Positions 14,701 to 28,400 of a stretch of DNA of 64,000 nt are shown here, in pieces (the first letter of the stretch is position 1; each line of letters begins with the position of its first letter). Origin of the DNA: Trichinella spiralis (taxonomy: Eukaryota); assembly GCF_000181795.1 (NCBI RefSeq), contig NW_003526948.1, positions 3,078,945-3,142,944 on the forward strand, written 5' to 3'. Both the position numbers and the translations under genes were made by a program. The notes below the pieces were generated by a model. It was given only the letters and a program-made list of their open reading frames with translations, was not told the origin of the DNA and did not search any database.

Positions 14701-17700
14701 AATGGGACTAGAAGTTCAAGAAAATTTACTAAATAACCAGCAGACCTATTTGGCGAAAAATACATTACAAAATGATGTGAATAATTTAAAAACTGTTTGC
14801 ACGGATAATTTTTTGGTGAAGCAGAAGTTGCAAACGGAGCACGTGCAACAGGAAACAGTGCAGTATGCGAACGCAGCAACTACATTTGGAGGGCAGGTCT
14901 TTGAAAAGCCGCTGCCCACAGCTGCTCCAGCAAATATATCAGTTCCACAGATTGGTTCATCATTGTTCAACGTAGAAAACTTGGAGCAAAATGTTGAAGG
15001 GATTAAATTTGAAACGAACAGGGGAATTGTTTTTCCCGCGACTGCTACTTTTAACGCAGCAGCAGAAACGGAGTCAGCTGAAAAGCAAATATTGTCCGAA
15101 GCAGCTATTGTAGATGGGACAAGTGGGAATGATGCGCAGGCGATGGAACAAGATTGCCTGGTAGAATCGTTTGCGGAAGAATGCAAACAAATACAACCAG
15201 CCGAATTAGGAATTACATCCGAAATATTTTCAACTCAGGTGACAACACCATCGACAGCTGTAACAAGTAGCAGCAATTTTGCATCATGGATTGGTTTTCC
15301 TGTGGTCAGTGTTCAAGAAGAAACGTTGGGGATGAGCAGTCAGGCAGAACAGACCATAACGAACAGTGGAACCTCTTTCCCGACAGGTGGTTTATTTAAT
15401 GTGGCCGCTTCGGATGCGACATTGCCATTCAACGCAGCATCGGCTTTCGTGCAAACGACCGAGGCAAATTCATCCACTCCGTGGCTGAATTTTTCGTTTG
15501 CAAATGTGACAAAGCGTCAAGAAGAAGCCAAAGAAAAGGAATTTCAAGCGGAGAAGGGAACTTCGCTAACGTGGGGTTCACTGTTCGATGAGAATTTTGG
15601 AACTGAATCAAAGATGAAGGAGCAAGAACAGCAATTGTTCACTATTTCAACGACTCAAGGGGCGGAACTGGCCACTGCGGTGGATACTTCGGTTCCGTTG
15701 ACTGACTTTTCGTCGGAAGCAAAGCGAAATGAAACTACTGACAACAGCGGAAAGTTTGGTCAGGAGGAGAAGAATATTTTTTTTCCAGTGGTCTCTTTGT
15801 CGAATTATTGTGAACAGATGGAACCAGTGGCATCCGAAGTAACAGCTGTAACTGAGACAGTATTGCCTGCTGTAGCAGCGCCCGCAGTTTCATGGTCTGG
15901 GTTTTTATCGTCAAGTGTAACAACGCAGCAAGAAGAAGCCCAAGAAATGGACTTGGAAGCGCACAAGGGAACATTGTTTCCAGGTGGACAGTTTGCAAAC
16001 GTGCAGAATTTTCAGATGCAGCCATTAGAATTTGCGCCGTCTGCAATTTCATTTCCGAATATGGCCACCAATACGTATGCTTCATTTGCTAATTTTTCCC
16101 AGTCGACGACGAATAGTGAAGTTGCAGCGAATGGACCGGAATTGCAAAAGGGGGCATTTTTTTCTTTTGGTTCCCATGTAGTCGATGAGCAGAAACCGTT
16201 GTTGTTTGAAAGTTTTACTCCACAAATTCCAGAAACACCCACATCGACCGTTGTGAACCTTCAGTCGTCTTGGATTGATCTGTTGAAAAATTTTGAACGA
16301 AAAACAGAATCTCCAATGGAAGCTGAAATGATAGACTTGACTGGAAGCGATTCTTCTCAGCAGATTTCAGAAATGGCGATGCCGGCAGTTGTCGAACCCG
16401 CCGCACCGCTGGATCAGCCGTTGCCTGATGAAGTGGAGATGTTGACGGATGGGTCGATAGAAGCACAGGTTGAAGAAGAAGAAGCACAGGTTGAAGAAGA
16501 AGAAGTAGAAGTAGAAGTAGAAGTAGAAGAAGAAGAAGAAGAGGTAGCTCAACCGATGATTGAAACTGCTGATTCAGTGGTGTTGGAGCGGGATGTGAAC
16601 GCTGCTCCGACAAACCAAGAGACCTGCATCGCGAATTGGCAAACAACCACAGATTCTACCGAAGCACCAGAGCAAACCAGTGAGCAAACATCTTGTCCAT
16701 TTTCGACGGAATTAGCGGCAGAAATGCCTTCCATTGTTGTACCTTCGATTGTCTTCGAGACGACCGCAACTGAAACTGCTTATGAGCCACTGCGGAAACA
16801 GATGAAGATTGTTTCTGCTGATTTTGCCCAACATCAGTCATCGCCTGGTCGTCAGCTGGACGATCATCATTCAGCTGTTGCCGATGCTGCTGGAATTTTA
16901 CCTTCTGATCATTCTTTGAATTTATCGGACATATTTGCACAGGATCATGAATTGTCACGACGTTCATTCGATGTCAGTAGTGAAATGTTGGAAACAGAAT
17001 CGTCGATGCAACGAAAGATGCGCTGTGTGGGTGCTTATCGTCGAATCAGGGATCTTTTTTTGGCAAAAGAGCTGATGGAAATTGCCGTCGATAATTTGAT
17101 CAGTCGTACTGTTGATCAGGTTGTTAGGTGAGATTAATTTTTTTACTCGAAATTCAAACTTTACAATTTGTAGCATATTTTTCGAACGATTGTGTCAATT
17201 ATTGTATTGAAAATTTAATTAAGCGTACAATTTTGATCGTATTATTTGACCGGTTGTTTGATTTTTTTTTCCAGTGAGCTTTGTGAAGAGACAATTGGCG
17301 CGCTAAAACAGATGATAATTTGTCGTTGTTTGGCCGACATACTGAACTGTTCTTATTTGAGAAATGCCGTTCGAAAGATCTGTCACCAAGTGATACTTGA
17401 AGAGCAGAAGAAAATGGAAGAAATTTCAAAAAATTCCAAAACGAAAACTATCCAATTGATGCGCAAGTATTTCGAAATTTGGTATTCGATCACGAAAACA
17501 TCCCGCGCAAGGAAATATTTTGCGGCGTTGCCATTATTCGATTCTGTTGAAACGTCCCAGATCAGCAGGGGTCGTCGGTCGACGTCGTTGTTGTCGTTGA
17601 TTGATACAGGCGAAGATGAAGCATCCGATGGAAGAAGCAGTTGCTCTGACGACACGGTGATGGAAACGAAGTTGAACAGCAATGTTTTGGAGTCGTGGCA

Positions 17701-19394
17701 TGCGCTCGACTGGCCCGGCTTGATCAGGAAATGGGCCGCCGGATCCAGCGGCTACAAAGTGAGCGTCAATTTGAAAACTCGTATCCGTCTGCTGAGGTGT
17801 GGCTTGTTTGTGGATCCGACGTTGGCTGCAACGACGCGCGAGTGGATTCGGCTTCAGTTCGGCTTGTTGGCTGTGCGCAGCAAAACTTGGACCCTGCCGC
17901 CTTCTGATGGCAATCTGGATCTGTTGTGCTTGAAAAATACACTGATCCGTGAAGATGCGCCGATGTCAGTGATCAAACATTTGGACTGGCTGATGATTGC
18001 TTGGAATGCAAGCGCCAGTTTGGCTGAGGTTGATTTTTCTGTTTGTTTGTTTATTTATTTGTTTTATTCGGTATTTTTTTTGTTATATATATATATAGAA
18101 TCATACGATAGACATTAGTGAATTGTGTTCAACAACACGCTACCTTGGGCTGCTGGTGTTTGTCAGACTTGCCAAATCGGACCATTATTCCGAAAGCGAA
18201 ATTGCCAAAATGCTGAAATTGGACGTTCTAGTCAGCACGGGCTGCATCGCTAAATACGTTGTAATCATGTGGCCTTACGAGAACGTCTTTGTCGGAGCAA
18301 AAGAGAAGGTTTTTCTTTTCTCGTTTAGATTCTATTTTAATTATAATAATGACGGGAAGGGATGGATAACAAATAGATGGATAACAAGAAAAATGACCTC
18401 TCCTATTGACATTTTTTGAAACCAATGTTGGGAAAGTGTTTCACTTAAGGGCATTTTATAAAAATAGCCGAATGTTATTTAATATTTGTATATAAATAAA
18501 TGATGATTAATTTTTTTTTATAACACTTTTTCAGAGAAACAAATTGATCAAGTGCTCTTCACTTATTAGAGTTTATTTTTAGCTTCAAAATGCCATAGAA
18601 TTGGTAATTGAGGGTAATGTGAATTTTCGATCTTTGAACTTCCGACCAATTGGACAATACATTTGTCATTATTTTTCCGAACGTTACGATAAGATTCTGT
18701 GGAAATGCTTAAAATCTATGGTAATTGTATTATCGAAAATTTTTTTGTTGTTCTTGAAAACAGCAGACCGGATCATTTCGTTTATTTATTTATTGAAGAC
18801 ACGTGATGAAGCGAATGAAATGCACAAAGATGCCGTTGCAGATATTCGTTGTTCAGCGCAAGTTGTCGATCCGCGTGAATATGTGGAAGAGGAATTTTTG
18901 AAATTGTTGGGTTAGATGAGAACAAACTTTGTTGATTTATTCTATTCTTGCAACGTATTTCATTTCAGGATATCCGATGAGCTGTTTTTGTTCGCCTGAC
19001 GATTTTTACAAACTTTTAGACGAAATTGGTGCCATCAACTTGCCATCCCAATCTGACAGCTCAAAGTTTGTTATTTTTTTCCACTGTGCTTCGTGTATAG
19101 ATTGAAATTTTGATTTTTTCCAGTTCAATGTCGATTACCGAAGCGGTTCAGTATTTTTTTACCTCAATTACGGATCGAATTCTGGTGATCCGGGTAAATG
19201 ATGATAATTTTAGAAAAATTCATTTCATTTCTATATTTTTTTTTCAGTGTACCAACTTCATCTGTGTTGCAAATGAATAGAAATGGAAAATTATTTATTT
19301 TATGTAGCACGGGTAAATTTAATTTTATTCTTTTTTTTCTCGGTTTTTGAAACTTTTCTGTTTTGTTGTTGTAGAATTATTATCGCTCGAATGA
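11797..19394 (+). CDS. MCM3AP: SAC3/GANP (MCM3AP, xmas-2-like) TREX-2 scaffold protein
   Basis: DRYKILESRD..VVGFCFEMCPEKERY..VKEYVRSSADQ-PEPLPHELRP..WYYFLTNRMHAIRK-DITQQ..LEKCVRF, then GNYVQFF (Sac3/PCI domain). A ~2.9-kb low-complexity exon (~14267-17128) and divergent C-terminal exons follow, ending ELLSLE-TGA. Both ends are approximate. Confidence 0.88.
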
Positions 19395-21919
19395 TCCAGT
19401 GTAACTTTTTGCGAAAGAAAAAAAAATACAGGAAGAAAAAATACCTGCACAAATGAAGCAACTCGTTTTATTATTCAATATGTGCTGTGTTGCATGCAGG
19501 TTGTAAGTTTTTTCCATTTTATTGTCATATCGAATATATTGATTAATAAAGTGATCATTTTATGGAGCTTTTTTGGGATTACTTGTTTGTTGTAAATATT
19601 CGAATTATTTCAAATTTTCCCGTCTTATTGTTCTTATTTTATTAATTCATTGAAATTTGATTCTGTATACTAATTCATCAGCGGTTGTTTCACTGACGAT
19701 GGAAAGAGAAAATGATTGCTGCGAAAGAACGTCAATTGTTGAAATAAATCATCCGAGCGAAATGAAATTATCAAATCAAATATAATTGGAAAAAAGGAAA
19801 AGTTTTCCAATGAGGAAAATGGACACCTGATAAATGTGTACGTGGTGCTTGTGATTTGCCTTCTTGTGCTGGTTGCGCTCCAAATAAAGTTGGCCAGTGA
19901 CCAGCTGAATGGCCAGTTGAAAGCATTTACAGGCCAAAATTGTAGTTATTTTTAATCGACCAATCCATGTTGACCTGAAAATCGACAACTTTGCACAACA
20001 AATGTAGAGCAGCATCCATATGCACATATGCACATATGTATATATATATGTATGTATGTGTGTATAAGTGAATTTTAATGGAAATGAATAAATAGATATA
20101 TATATATGATTAGTGATTGAAGTGAAATTTGTTCAATTTCCAACACAATATTGAAAAGTGTTTGAAAAAAAAAGCAAGAAGAATTAATTTGTTCAGATTA
20201 GGTAGGAGGTAACGCGGGATGAATTTTTCACAACAACAATTAAGTCATGAGATTTGTTCTATTTGTAGATGAATTCGCTGCTTGGATAATTGTGAAAAAA
20301 GAAAGATCCTACGTCAAGAAGTCCGTCTATCTGTTTGTGAAGTAAATTTTTTTTCTTGATAATTACGGTACAGTGAAGGGTGGGATGCGAGGTTTTTTTT
20401 TTCTAAAAAAACTTTTTGTTCCATGTTCATTTTGAACAGGAACAGAAAAGTGAAAAATTCATTTTTCCTTTAATTATCACTTATATTTTTATTCCATTTT
20501 ATTCAAACATTATACAATTGTCAATATTATCGATTATAATTGGAAGGTGCTTTATTGTGTTAGGGGTGACTGTTTGTTCAGTAGGGTAGAAATGCTTTCT
20601 TTGTCCAGTGCCTGTTTAACTGAATACAGGTCATATGCGCGCTTCGTCACAACATGCAATAAATAATTACATTGCAAATTGCCGAATTTAGAGTCAGTTT
20701 TGCAGTTTCAAAAAAAATGATTCTATTGTGAAATGGCTTTTTCCCATCGGTGGAAAATTTCACAACTGCTCAAATTGTTTCCATTCAAATGTTCTTTTTG
20801 ATCGACGAATAAGTTCGCAGTTTTTTTTATAATGAATTTTTTCAACGCTGATCAAGGATGAAAAGTATAACGTCATCTTTTCGGTCGTTCCATTTTCAAA
20901 ACTGGCCAAATTAGACTTGGATATGTGAAAATGGGAGAACGGTAAGAAAATTATTTCAACAATAAATAAACTAATTTGCAGCTTTTCATCGTCACTTTAT
21001 TCAATCATTATTATTATTATTATTATTCGGATCATTTATTGGCAGAATTTGTATAATTTTTATATAAATTCTCTTTTAATGGAATTGCCGAAAAGTTTAA
21101 TTGATTGTTGAAATACTTTTGAAAATATTTTTCTGCTTCATATTTTGCGCTCATGTATTATTCATATCTTCGTACAGTCATATGATAAAATGTCTGTTAT
21201 ATTTACTGATGAAAATAATTCAATCGCCTATTCGAGAATATTGTTTACTTTCAATTGCATCATGATACAGCTTTTACCATCCTGGAAGATCATTTTACAA
21301 TGATGAGCAGTTTTATGATTTATGATATTTTTTTTAAAAATATCCTCAAATGAATACTAACTTCAACAGTGAAACGACGAACTTATTGATAATGACTTCA
21401 AGAGCAAGTGGTTATTCTGTTGATTTTTAATGCTTTTTATACGTATTTATATCTGGTTAAAAATTATGTATAACTTTGACGACATATTTATTAAAAATGA
21501 TATGTTTATTTTCAGAAAGAGAGGGGGGGAGGAATTTTATTTTATATGTTTAATTTCTTTTCTCATTTATTAATAGGGGCTTATCGAAATTACGTTAAAA
21601 TTACTGATTATTGACTTAATTAATAAATTGTACCGAATAATAATAACTTGTGCAGTGAGTGGATTTGAAAATTTGTTTCCTATGATCAATATATTAAGTG
21701 TTGGTTAAATTGAAATTTATTTTACAAAAAGTTTAAAAAGAATAAAGAGCAGTGTACTTTAAAGCTTTCATACTGTAAGTTTAAAATGTGTAGTAATTGC
21801 ATGAATGCAAGTTAAGTAACATGACGTTGGGTTTCAGTTTTGACCGGTGAGTGCAAGTGGTTGGTCGCCTTGTTCAACGTGCTCTCTCTCTCTCTTTTTA
21901 CGGCGCTTAAACGAAAAGC

Positions 21920-24900
21920 ATGCCGTTCATTGGTAAAGATTGGCGATCATACGGTGATACCTGGGTGCCCACCAGAGGAGGTTGGGAAAAGAAGAAGCTG
22001 ATACCGGGTCGTCAGATATCGAAAACGGAATCTTCTTTGGAACGCTTTTTGCGGTATGTTCAGTTGTTCTATTTATTATATAATTCACTTTTTCAGTTTG
22101 ATGAACTTTCATCTAGAAAAAAAGTTCATCAACACACAAACAAACACCTCTGATACGGGATGTTGACCGGGGTGAGGGCTTTTCTTAGTTGACTTTGTTT
22201 ACTTTTTGCATTTCCATCTATCTGTATATATATATTTGATATCGTATTAAATCGAACATGATCAAGTGACAGTCGGATGAAGGTTCCGTATGTTTCATTT
22301 TTTCAAAATTGGTTTTCTAGCCTATTTCAATGCGGGTGGTAGGTAGTGTTGTAATTTTCACCAAAAGCTCAACAACCGTTCTGTACTTTCCTCACTTTCT
22401 GCTCCAATCTATTGTTCAAAGTGAACGGCTCTGACCGGTACGATACTGGCTGGCTTGCAAATTGCAATTGCACTGTTGTCAGATGCGGATGCTTGTTTTC
22501 TTGTTTACGCTTTTGCCAATTTACTGCTAGCTAGCTGTGTTTGTATGTCTGCTGCTTTCGGCCGTTGGCCAAGTTTAGCCGTACTTTGTAATTAGTCGGT
22601 TTGCATTCGATTCGATCGAACGCTGTCCACACGGTGTCCGATCAATATCAAATGACCACCGCATCGATTCTCTACTGCTTTCAAGAATAATTGTGACCAT
22701 CATCCGGATAATGATGAGGATGTTGTTGTTGTTGTTGTTTTGTTTTTCAAGTTCAGTCAACTTTTCCTGAACAACACTTCTTCCATTTTATACCATTATA
22801 AATATTTGTCGAATGCATTTTTCCTGCTTAATAATTTTAATTTGAAAATAGCATCACAACAGCTGCTTTGTCATCTTTTTGATTTTGCCAATAACTAATG
22901 TCAGCTTTTCGCTTTGATCATAATCATTGCTTGTTTCAATTCCACAGCTATGGGAGTGGAGGAGGTATTTTGCTTTTTCGGGGGGGGGGGGGAAATAAAA
23001 ACTGCAGTTCAGGTCAATTTGCGGAAAAAATACCCACCGCACACGTCTCTTCCAATCAATTCGCTTCCTATTGCTTGCAATCCTATTGTTTGGAATGAAT
23101 TTTTCATGCACAGCTGTGCTTAAAAGCAAACCAACTCCATACTTTGTGTTTCGACTGTAGTATATTATTGTGCACATGCAATTTGTCAATATTCTATCAC
23201 TTTACTGTGTAATAAATATGTGTGAATAATATTATCCGGCCGAGGTTTTAAGTTGCTGATTTTGCAGTTTTTTGTTCATAATTACAGCTTTTTGATGAAT
23301 AGCTTTCGAATTGCGTCCAAGCTGATCTAGATTTTTTTTTTCAATACTTCGTCGTCTTGTGAAATAAATTTCAACCTGTTTGTGTAAATTTGCAAGCAAT
23401 CAATGATAAACTGTTTCTACTTTTTCTAAGCAGTCATTTGTGAACGCTTGTTTCCCAGCTTGACAAATAACTTTTCAATTGAAAAAGATTCATTTCAATT
23501 TATCAATTTTTCCATTATTTTCAAAGAATCGAGTTTCAACAAATTTATTGTTCCTTTTTTCTTGTCGGTTTACCATTTTTCGAAATAATTACTTTCTGTG
23601 TAAATTAGGCAGTTTAATTTATATTTGTCTCACAATTTCAATATTATTGTGCAACATAGAATTAGTACCAGGACAGGCGCAGCGTGTTGATCAGCTGCTG
23701 ATGCTGGACAACACTTTTCATAATTCAATTTTAGAGAATGTCTTCTTGTCCAAGCAGTTTAAAGTCAATAAAGTGGCAGACAACCTTTCATTGGTAGAAT
23801 CATTTTTGAATGAAACAGTAGAACCTGCGTTGAGAACCAGCAAGCCGATAGTTTGTTTTCTTTCTTTGAAACACATACAGCTAAACTGGGGGCAGATACT
23901 TTTTTTTTCCCTTCAACTAGTCAAAACACTCTTCAAGAAATCTACCCACTAAATTGAGCTCATTATTATTATTATTATTCTGTTGCTTGAAAACGTGCTG
24001 TGCGCTATATATATATATATATATATATATATAGATATATTTAGTGAGTGATCAGTGTTGATCGACGATGGGGCAGATGCGGAACTTGTTGTTTGTTGTA
24101 CAGCATGCTGATAGGAGGTGGAAAATTTTCCCAATTTTTCCAGTGAAAACCATTTTCTCGAAGTTGTCAACCAGGAGCTAGCTTCCTGGTCATTGCATGT
24201 CACATCTTGGCATTGTGGGGTGATTTGGCAGCTTTTTCACTGCTAAATGCAACGCGGAATTTCTTTTTTACAACAGCTGCTCGCAAACTTTAGCATCCTC
24301 TTCCTATTGCGTAACAAATAGCTTCGTTTCGAAATTAAGCTCTCTCTACTGCTTTCTCTTCTATATTCTCAACACAATCACTTTGACAAGCACAGATCAA
24401 AAACACTCGCGTATGATCAAGCACGAGAATGTCGCAGCTTTATTTCCTCAAATGATGCAAAGATGCTTTGCAAAGCTAACAAACAGCAAAAACATTCTTA
24501 TTTTTTAAACATGTTTTTGCCAATTTTCACTCGACAATTTTTCCGCTAAAGGTGGGGGCAATTTCCTTGTTTATTTTACTTTGAAAATTTCAATTGTGAC
24601 TTTGAATCAGTTCTCTGCCAAAGAGAGAGAGAGAGAGTCAGTTGATGATGATTTGACGTTTGAATTGTGTCGAAGTGAATTTAATTTAATTAAATTTTGT
24701 TTTCTGTTTCAAGTGTACGGTCGTCGCTTAAAATAAACGACGAAGATCAAAAAGTCGATGCTCTGGAACTGGTACCTCAGCCGCACTATTTCGTACCGCT
24801 TCACAAATCAAGAGAGGTAAGTATTTTGATGGATTTTGGAGATAGATAGATGTTGGTGCTGTTTTCAACTTTGTCCCATTCTATTCTATTCTATTAGTTT

Positions 24901-26123
24901 ATTGGTTGCATTTCCTTCGGTGAGGCGTTTTTGAAGTTGGATATTGCCGGTAGCGTAGCTGATGTTAATCGTTTCGAGTACACTATAAAAGTAAGTGAAT
25001 TTTTCCACTCAGAACTTGTGAAACGCTTCTGTATAATTTGTTTGATTCTTCCCTTATTTTTTAAATATTATTTTTCAGGTACTTCAAATTTTAGCGAATG
25101 AAAAGTTGCATTCGTTGAGTGCGTCAGCTCGCAAAGCTGTATTTCAAGTTTTGGAAGCACTTGTCGTTCACTGTATGTAGCTGTTTAAATTTAAAAAAAA
25201 ATTTTTTTTTTGATTTTAACGATCTATTTGGTTATATTTATTGGCAGGCTTGAAAGAATTCAAAGAACCGATGACAGTTCGTACTTTGATAACATGTTTC
25301 ATCGACAATCTGAACAGTGGTCATCACTACGGTTCAGCGCAGCTTCTCGAAACGCACCGGGAATCGTTGATGTTCATGGATACGGTTTTGAAGCAGTTCG
25401 ATTTCAAATGCAAAGTAACGCGAAGCAGTTGACAATTTTTAAATTATTCAATTTTAATGTTTGAAAAATACTGTTCTTGTTGTTGCATATGTTTTCTTTT
25501 GCAGGAATCCACCACCAATGAGCGAAATATTCATTTGTTTGATCTTCCGGTGGATTGTTTGATGGAAATTTTGGAAACCATATCCGACCACCAGAGCTTG
25601 ATCAACCTCTGTTTGGCGCACCAGATGTTCAGCGCCATTCTGGACTACACTGAGAAGCCATGGGAAAAGTTGTGTCGATTTTACTTTAAAAAGTGGCAGA
25701 TGGAACTGGTGTTTGACAAATTGAACTTCGATCCCTGTGCCATCGACCCGGGCAATGCAGAATACCGGAAGCAGAACTTTGCGAGTGGTGCGAAATTGAA
25801 AGTCAGCTGGCGCACTGCATATTTTGAGCTGAAGAAGTTTGTTTTCAAATGCAGCAAATTAGTTTTTTTTGAAATTTTTTTAATGCAATTTTTCAGGTTT
25901 TTTGGACTGATGGAAGTTTATGCCGACATGATTCATGTTTGCTGTTATTGTCAGGTACTATTTTGGAAGGTAGGTCAGCTTCGATTACAATATTATAGCA
26001 GTTGCGGATAGCATTTTTAAAATTTTTCATTTGAAGAGCTTGGGTCACCCTTGCCTTTCTGAAAATCCAACATGCGTACGTGTTACACCGAAGCAGTTTA
26101 TCGACATGCTTCTTTACAAATAA
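21920..26123 (+). CDS. FBXO32: F-box only protein 25/32 (atrogin-1/MFB-1-like)
   Basis: N-terminus MPFIGKDWRSYGDTWV..GGW; FGEAFLKLDIAGSVADVNRFEY; SLSASARK; HHYGSAQL; F-box LFDLPVDCLMEILETISDHQSL; C-terminus EVYADMIHVCCYCQVLFWK-SLGHPC..VTPKQFIDML-stop at 26121-26123. Confidence 0.92.
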
Positions 26124-27112
26124 TTTTGATCGTATGAAACCGTTTTGATAACTGTAATGAATAACTGTTTTATAGTTCATCATCATAATTGCTGTTTATA
26201 AGAAAGTAAAAATAAAAGTAAATATAATATAATATAATATAATTTAATTTAATTTAATATGATGTAGTATGATATACACTAGCACGCTTCTTTGGTCTGC
26301 TCAGACGAGTTTGTTTTCTTTTTGCAATTTGTTTATTCAATTCCCCCTTACCTTTTCATTCAGCCGCATCACATCAGTGATACATCAAACGAGAGTTTCA
26401 ATTGCTTTCACTTTTGAAGTTTCTTTGTGTGTGCGCGCGCGCATAATCTTTATCAATTTATTAAGTTGACTTATAAGTGGAAATAGATCCGCATTCTGTT
26501 GCAGCATTTCAAGTTCAAAAATGCAATTTCACATGAAAACGCGTTGCAAATAAACAGTTGGAAGAACCGTTAAATATGCTTAAAATCAAATTTTTTACAA
26601 TGTAAGAAAATCAATTTCTGTCCAAGTGAAAAACAAAGTACAAGTATAGTATCGGATGAAAATTTATACACACGAGATGTTTACTTGCTTTGCTTAGTGA
26701 AATTTTGCTAAATTCCTTTTCTTGTTTGTTTCAGACGAATATTTCAAAAAATAAGAAAAGCAAACTCTACTTGTGCCTATAGGAGACTAATTTTATCGTT
26801 TTGATGTTTTACTTTGAAAGTTGTGTGTTCTCCAAAATGCTTGCATCAATGCAAAATCAGCAGTTAAAATCGTCATTTCTTTATTCAGAAGTTAAGATAA
26901 ACTAAACTTTATGAATAACAATAAATAAACAAAATCTATAGCATGTCAGAAAAAATGTTATTAGGCAGTTTGTGCACAGAAGTTTACAATTCCATATTCG
27001 GATGTTGCATGAAAAGGATAAATTTGTTTTGCAACAGGCAGATTTCAGCGGTTGATATTTGTAAATGAATTTGCTTGAGCGTGGAGGGAAGAAATATTTT
27101 TTCGGCTCACTT

Positions 27113-28360
27113 TCAATCATCAACCCGATCCTTTCTCCGAGAAAGGTAAAACTGTTGAAATCGTTTGTCCGCATACCCATCGCACGGTGGTCCTTGGCAT
27201 TTGCGCTGTTCGACTTTCTCCGCGCATTCGATCCCTTCTTCACAAATTTTTCTTCTGCTCTGTACTCCTTCGCCACACGTTGCCTTAAAAAAAGGAAAAG
27301 CATACGTGAAAAATGTTTTTATCATGTTAGAAGTTGTTGCTCTCTACTGACGTTGCAAACGGTCCAGTCGGTCCATTTCACATCGATGGCAGTCTTCGCA
27401 AAAATGTACGGACTGACAGCAGCGGCGGCAAATGACTCGACCATGCAAGATGTCGCTTCTTCTGCTTCACCGGGGCATGACAGGGTGCTGGTCTCGGTAC
27501 AGCTGCCGCAACAGTACCGTATTCGGGTTTGCATTCCAGTGTTTTGATCGCAGTCTTCCCAAGGATTCCACATTGACCAGCTTGGGCAGTTGCATAAATA
27601 GCACGGTTTCACTTGATACGATTCTCCGGGGCAGTCTGTTCCATAAGAGCAGGTACGTTGGCGTGTTCTTTCGCCAGTGCCACACGGTACTGAACACGGC
27701 GTCCAAGGACCCCAATTAGTCCATGCGGGACATGGGCCAGCATCACATTGTTGGCTTTCTTGGTCCGGGCCAATGCAATCAATGCCAGCTGTTCCGTCTT
27801 GGCACATTCGACTGCGCAATGTTGTCCCAATACCACAGGTTACTGAACAAGGGGTCCAACTGGTCCACGGTAGCCAGTATGGACATGGGCGAAGATTGCA
27901 GGGACGGGTTTCGACTAATTCCGCGTTGTATGCATCTGTGGTCGTGCCGCATTGCCTTGTGCGTGTTTGTTCTCCAGGACCGCATGTAGTGGAACAGGGG
28001 CACCATGCAGACCACTGGGTGCAGCAGGGTGGCAAATCTGGGCAGCGTTGTTGATCTCTTGCTGGACCGTAGCACTGGCCCGTGCCAACGCATATGCGTT
28101 GTCGTTCTTGAAAGCCATCACCACAAGTGGCCGAACAACTTCCCCATTCGTTCCAAGGTGACCACGCTGCGCAAGCACCGAGATTGCAAACCCCAGTTTC
28201 TTGATATGCACCTGTGCAACCAGTGGGAGCTTCACATTCGCGCTCACGAACCATCGTTCCCGGACCGCTGGAAAGAATATCCGTTTATTTTTTTAAGCAC
28301 TGTTTTGACTTTCAAAAAAATTTTAAAAATTGAACTTTGAAGAAGATAAGTTACACAAGT

Positions 28361-28400
<40 letters not shown>

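Noticed and set aside
23479..23952. 157-aa ORF in the first intron of the F-box gene
   Set aside because: AT-rich low-information translation, no ATG start and no recognisable homology.
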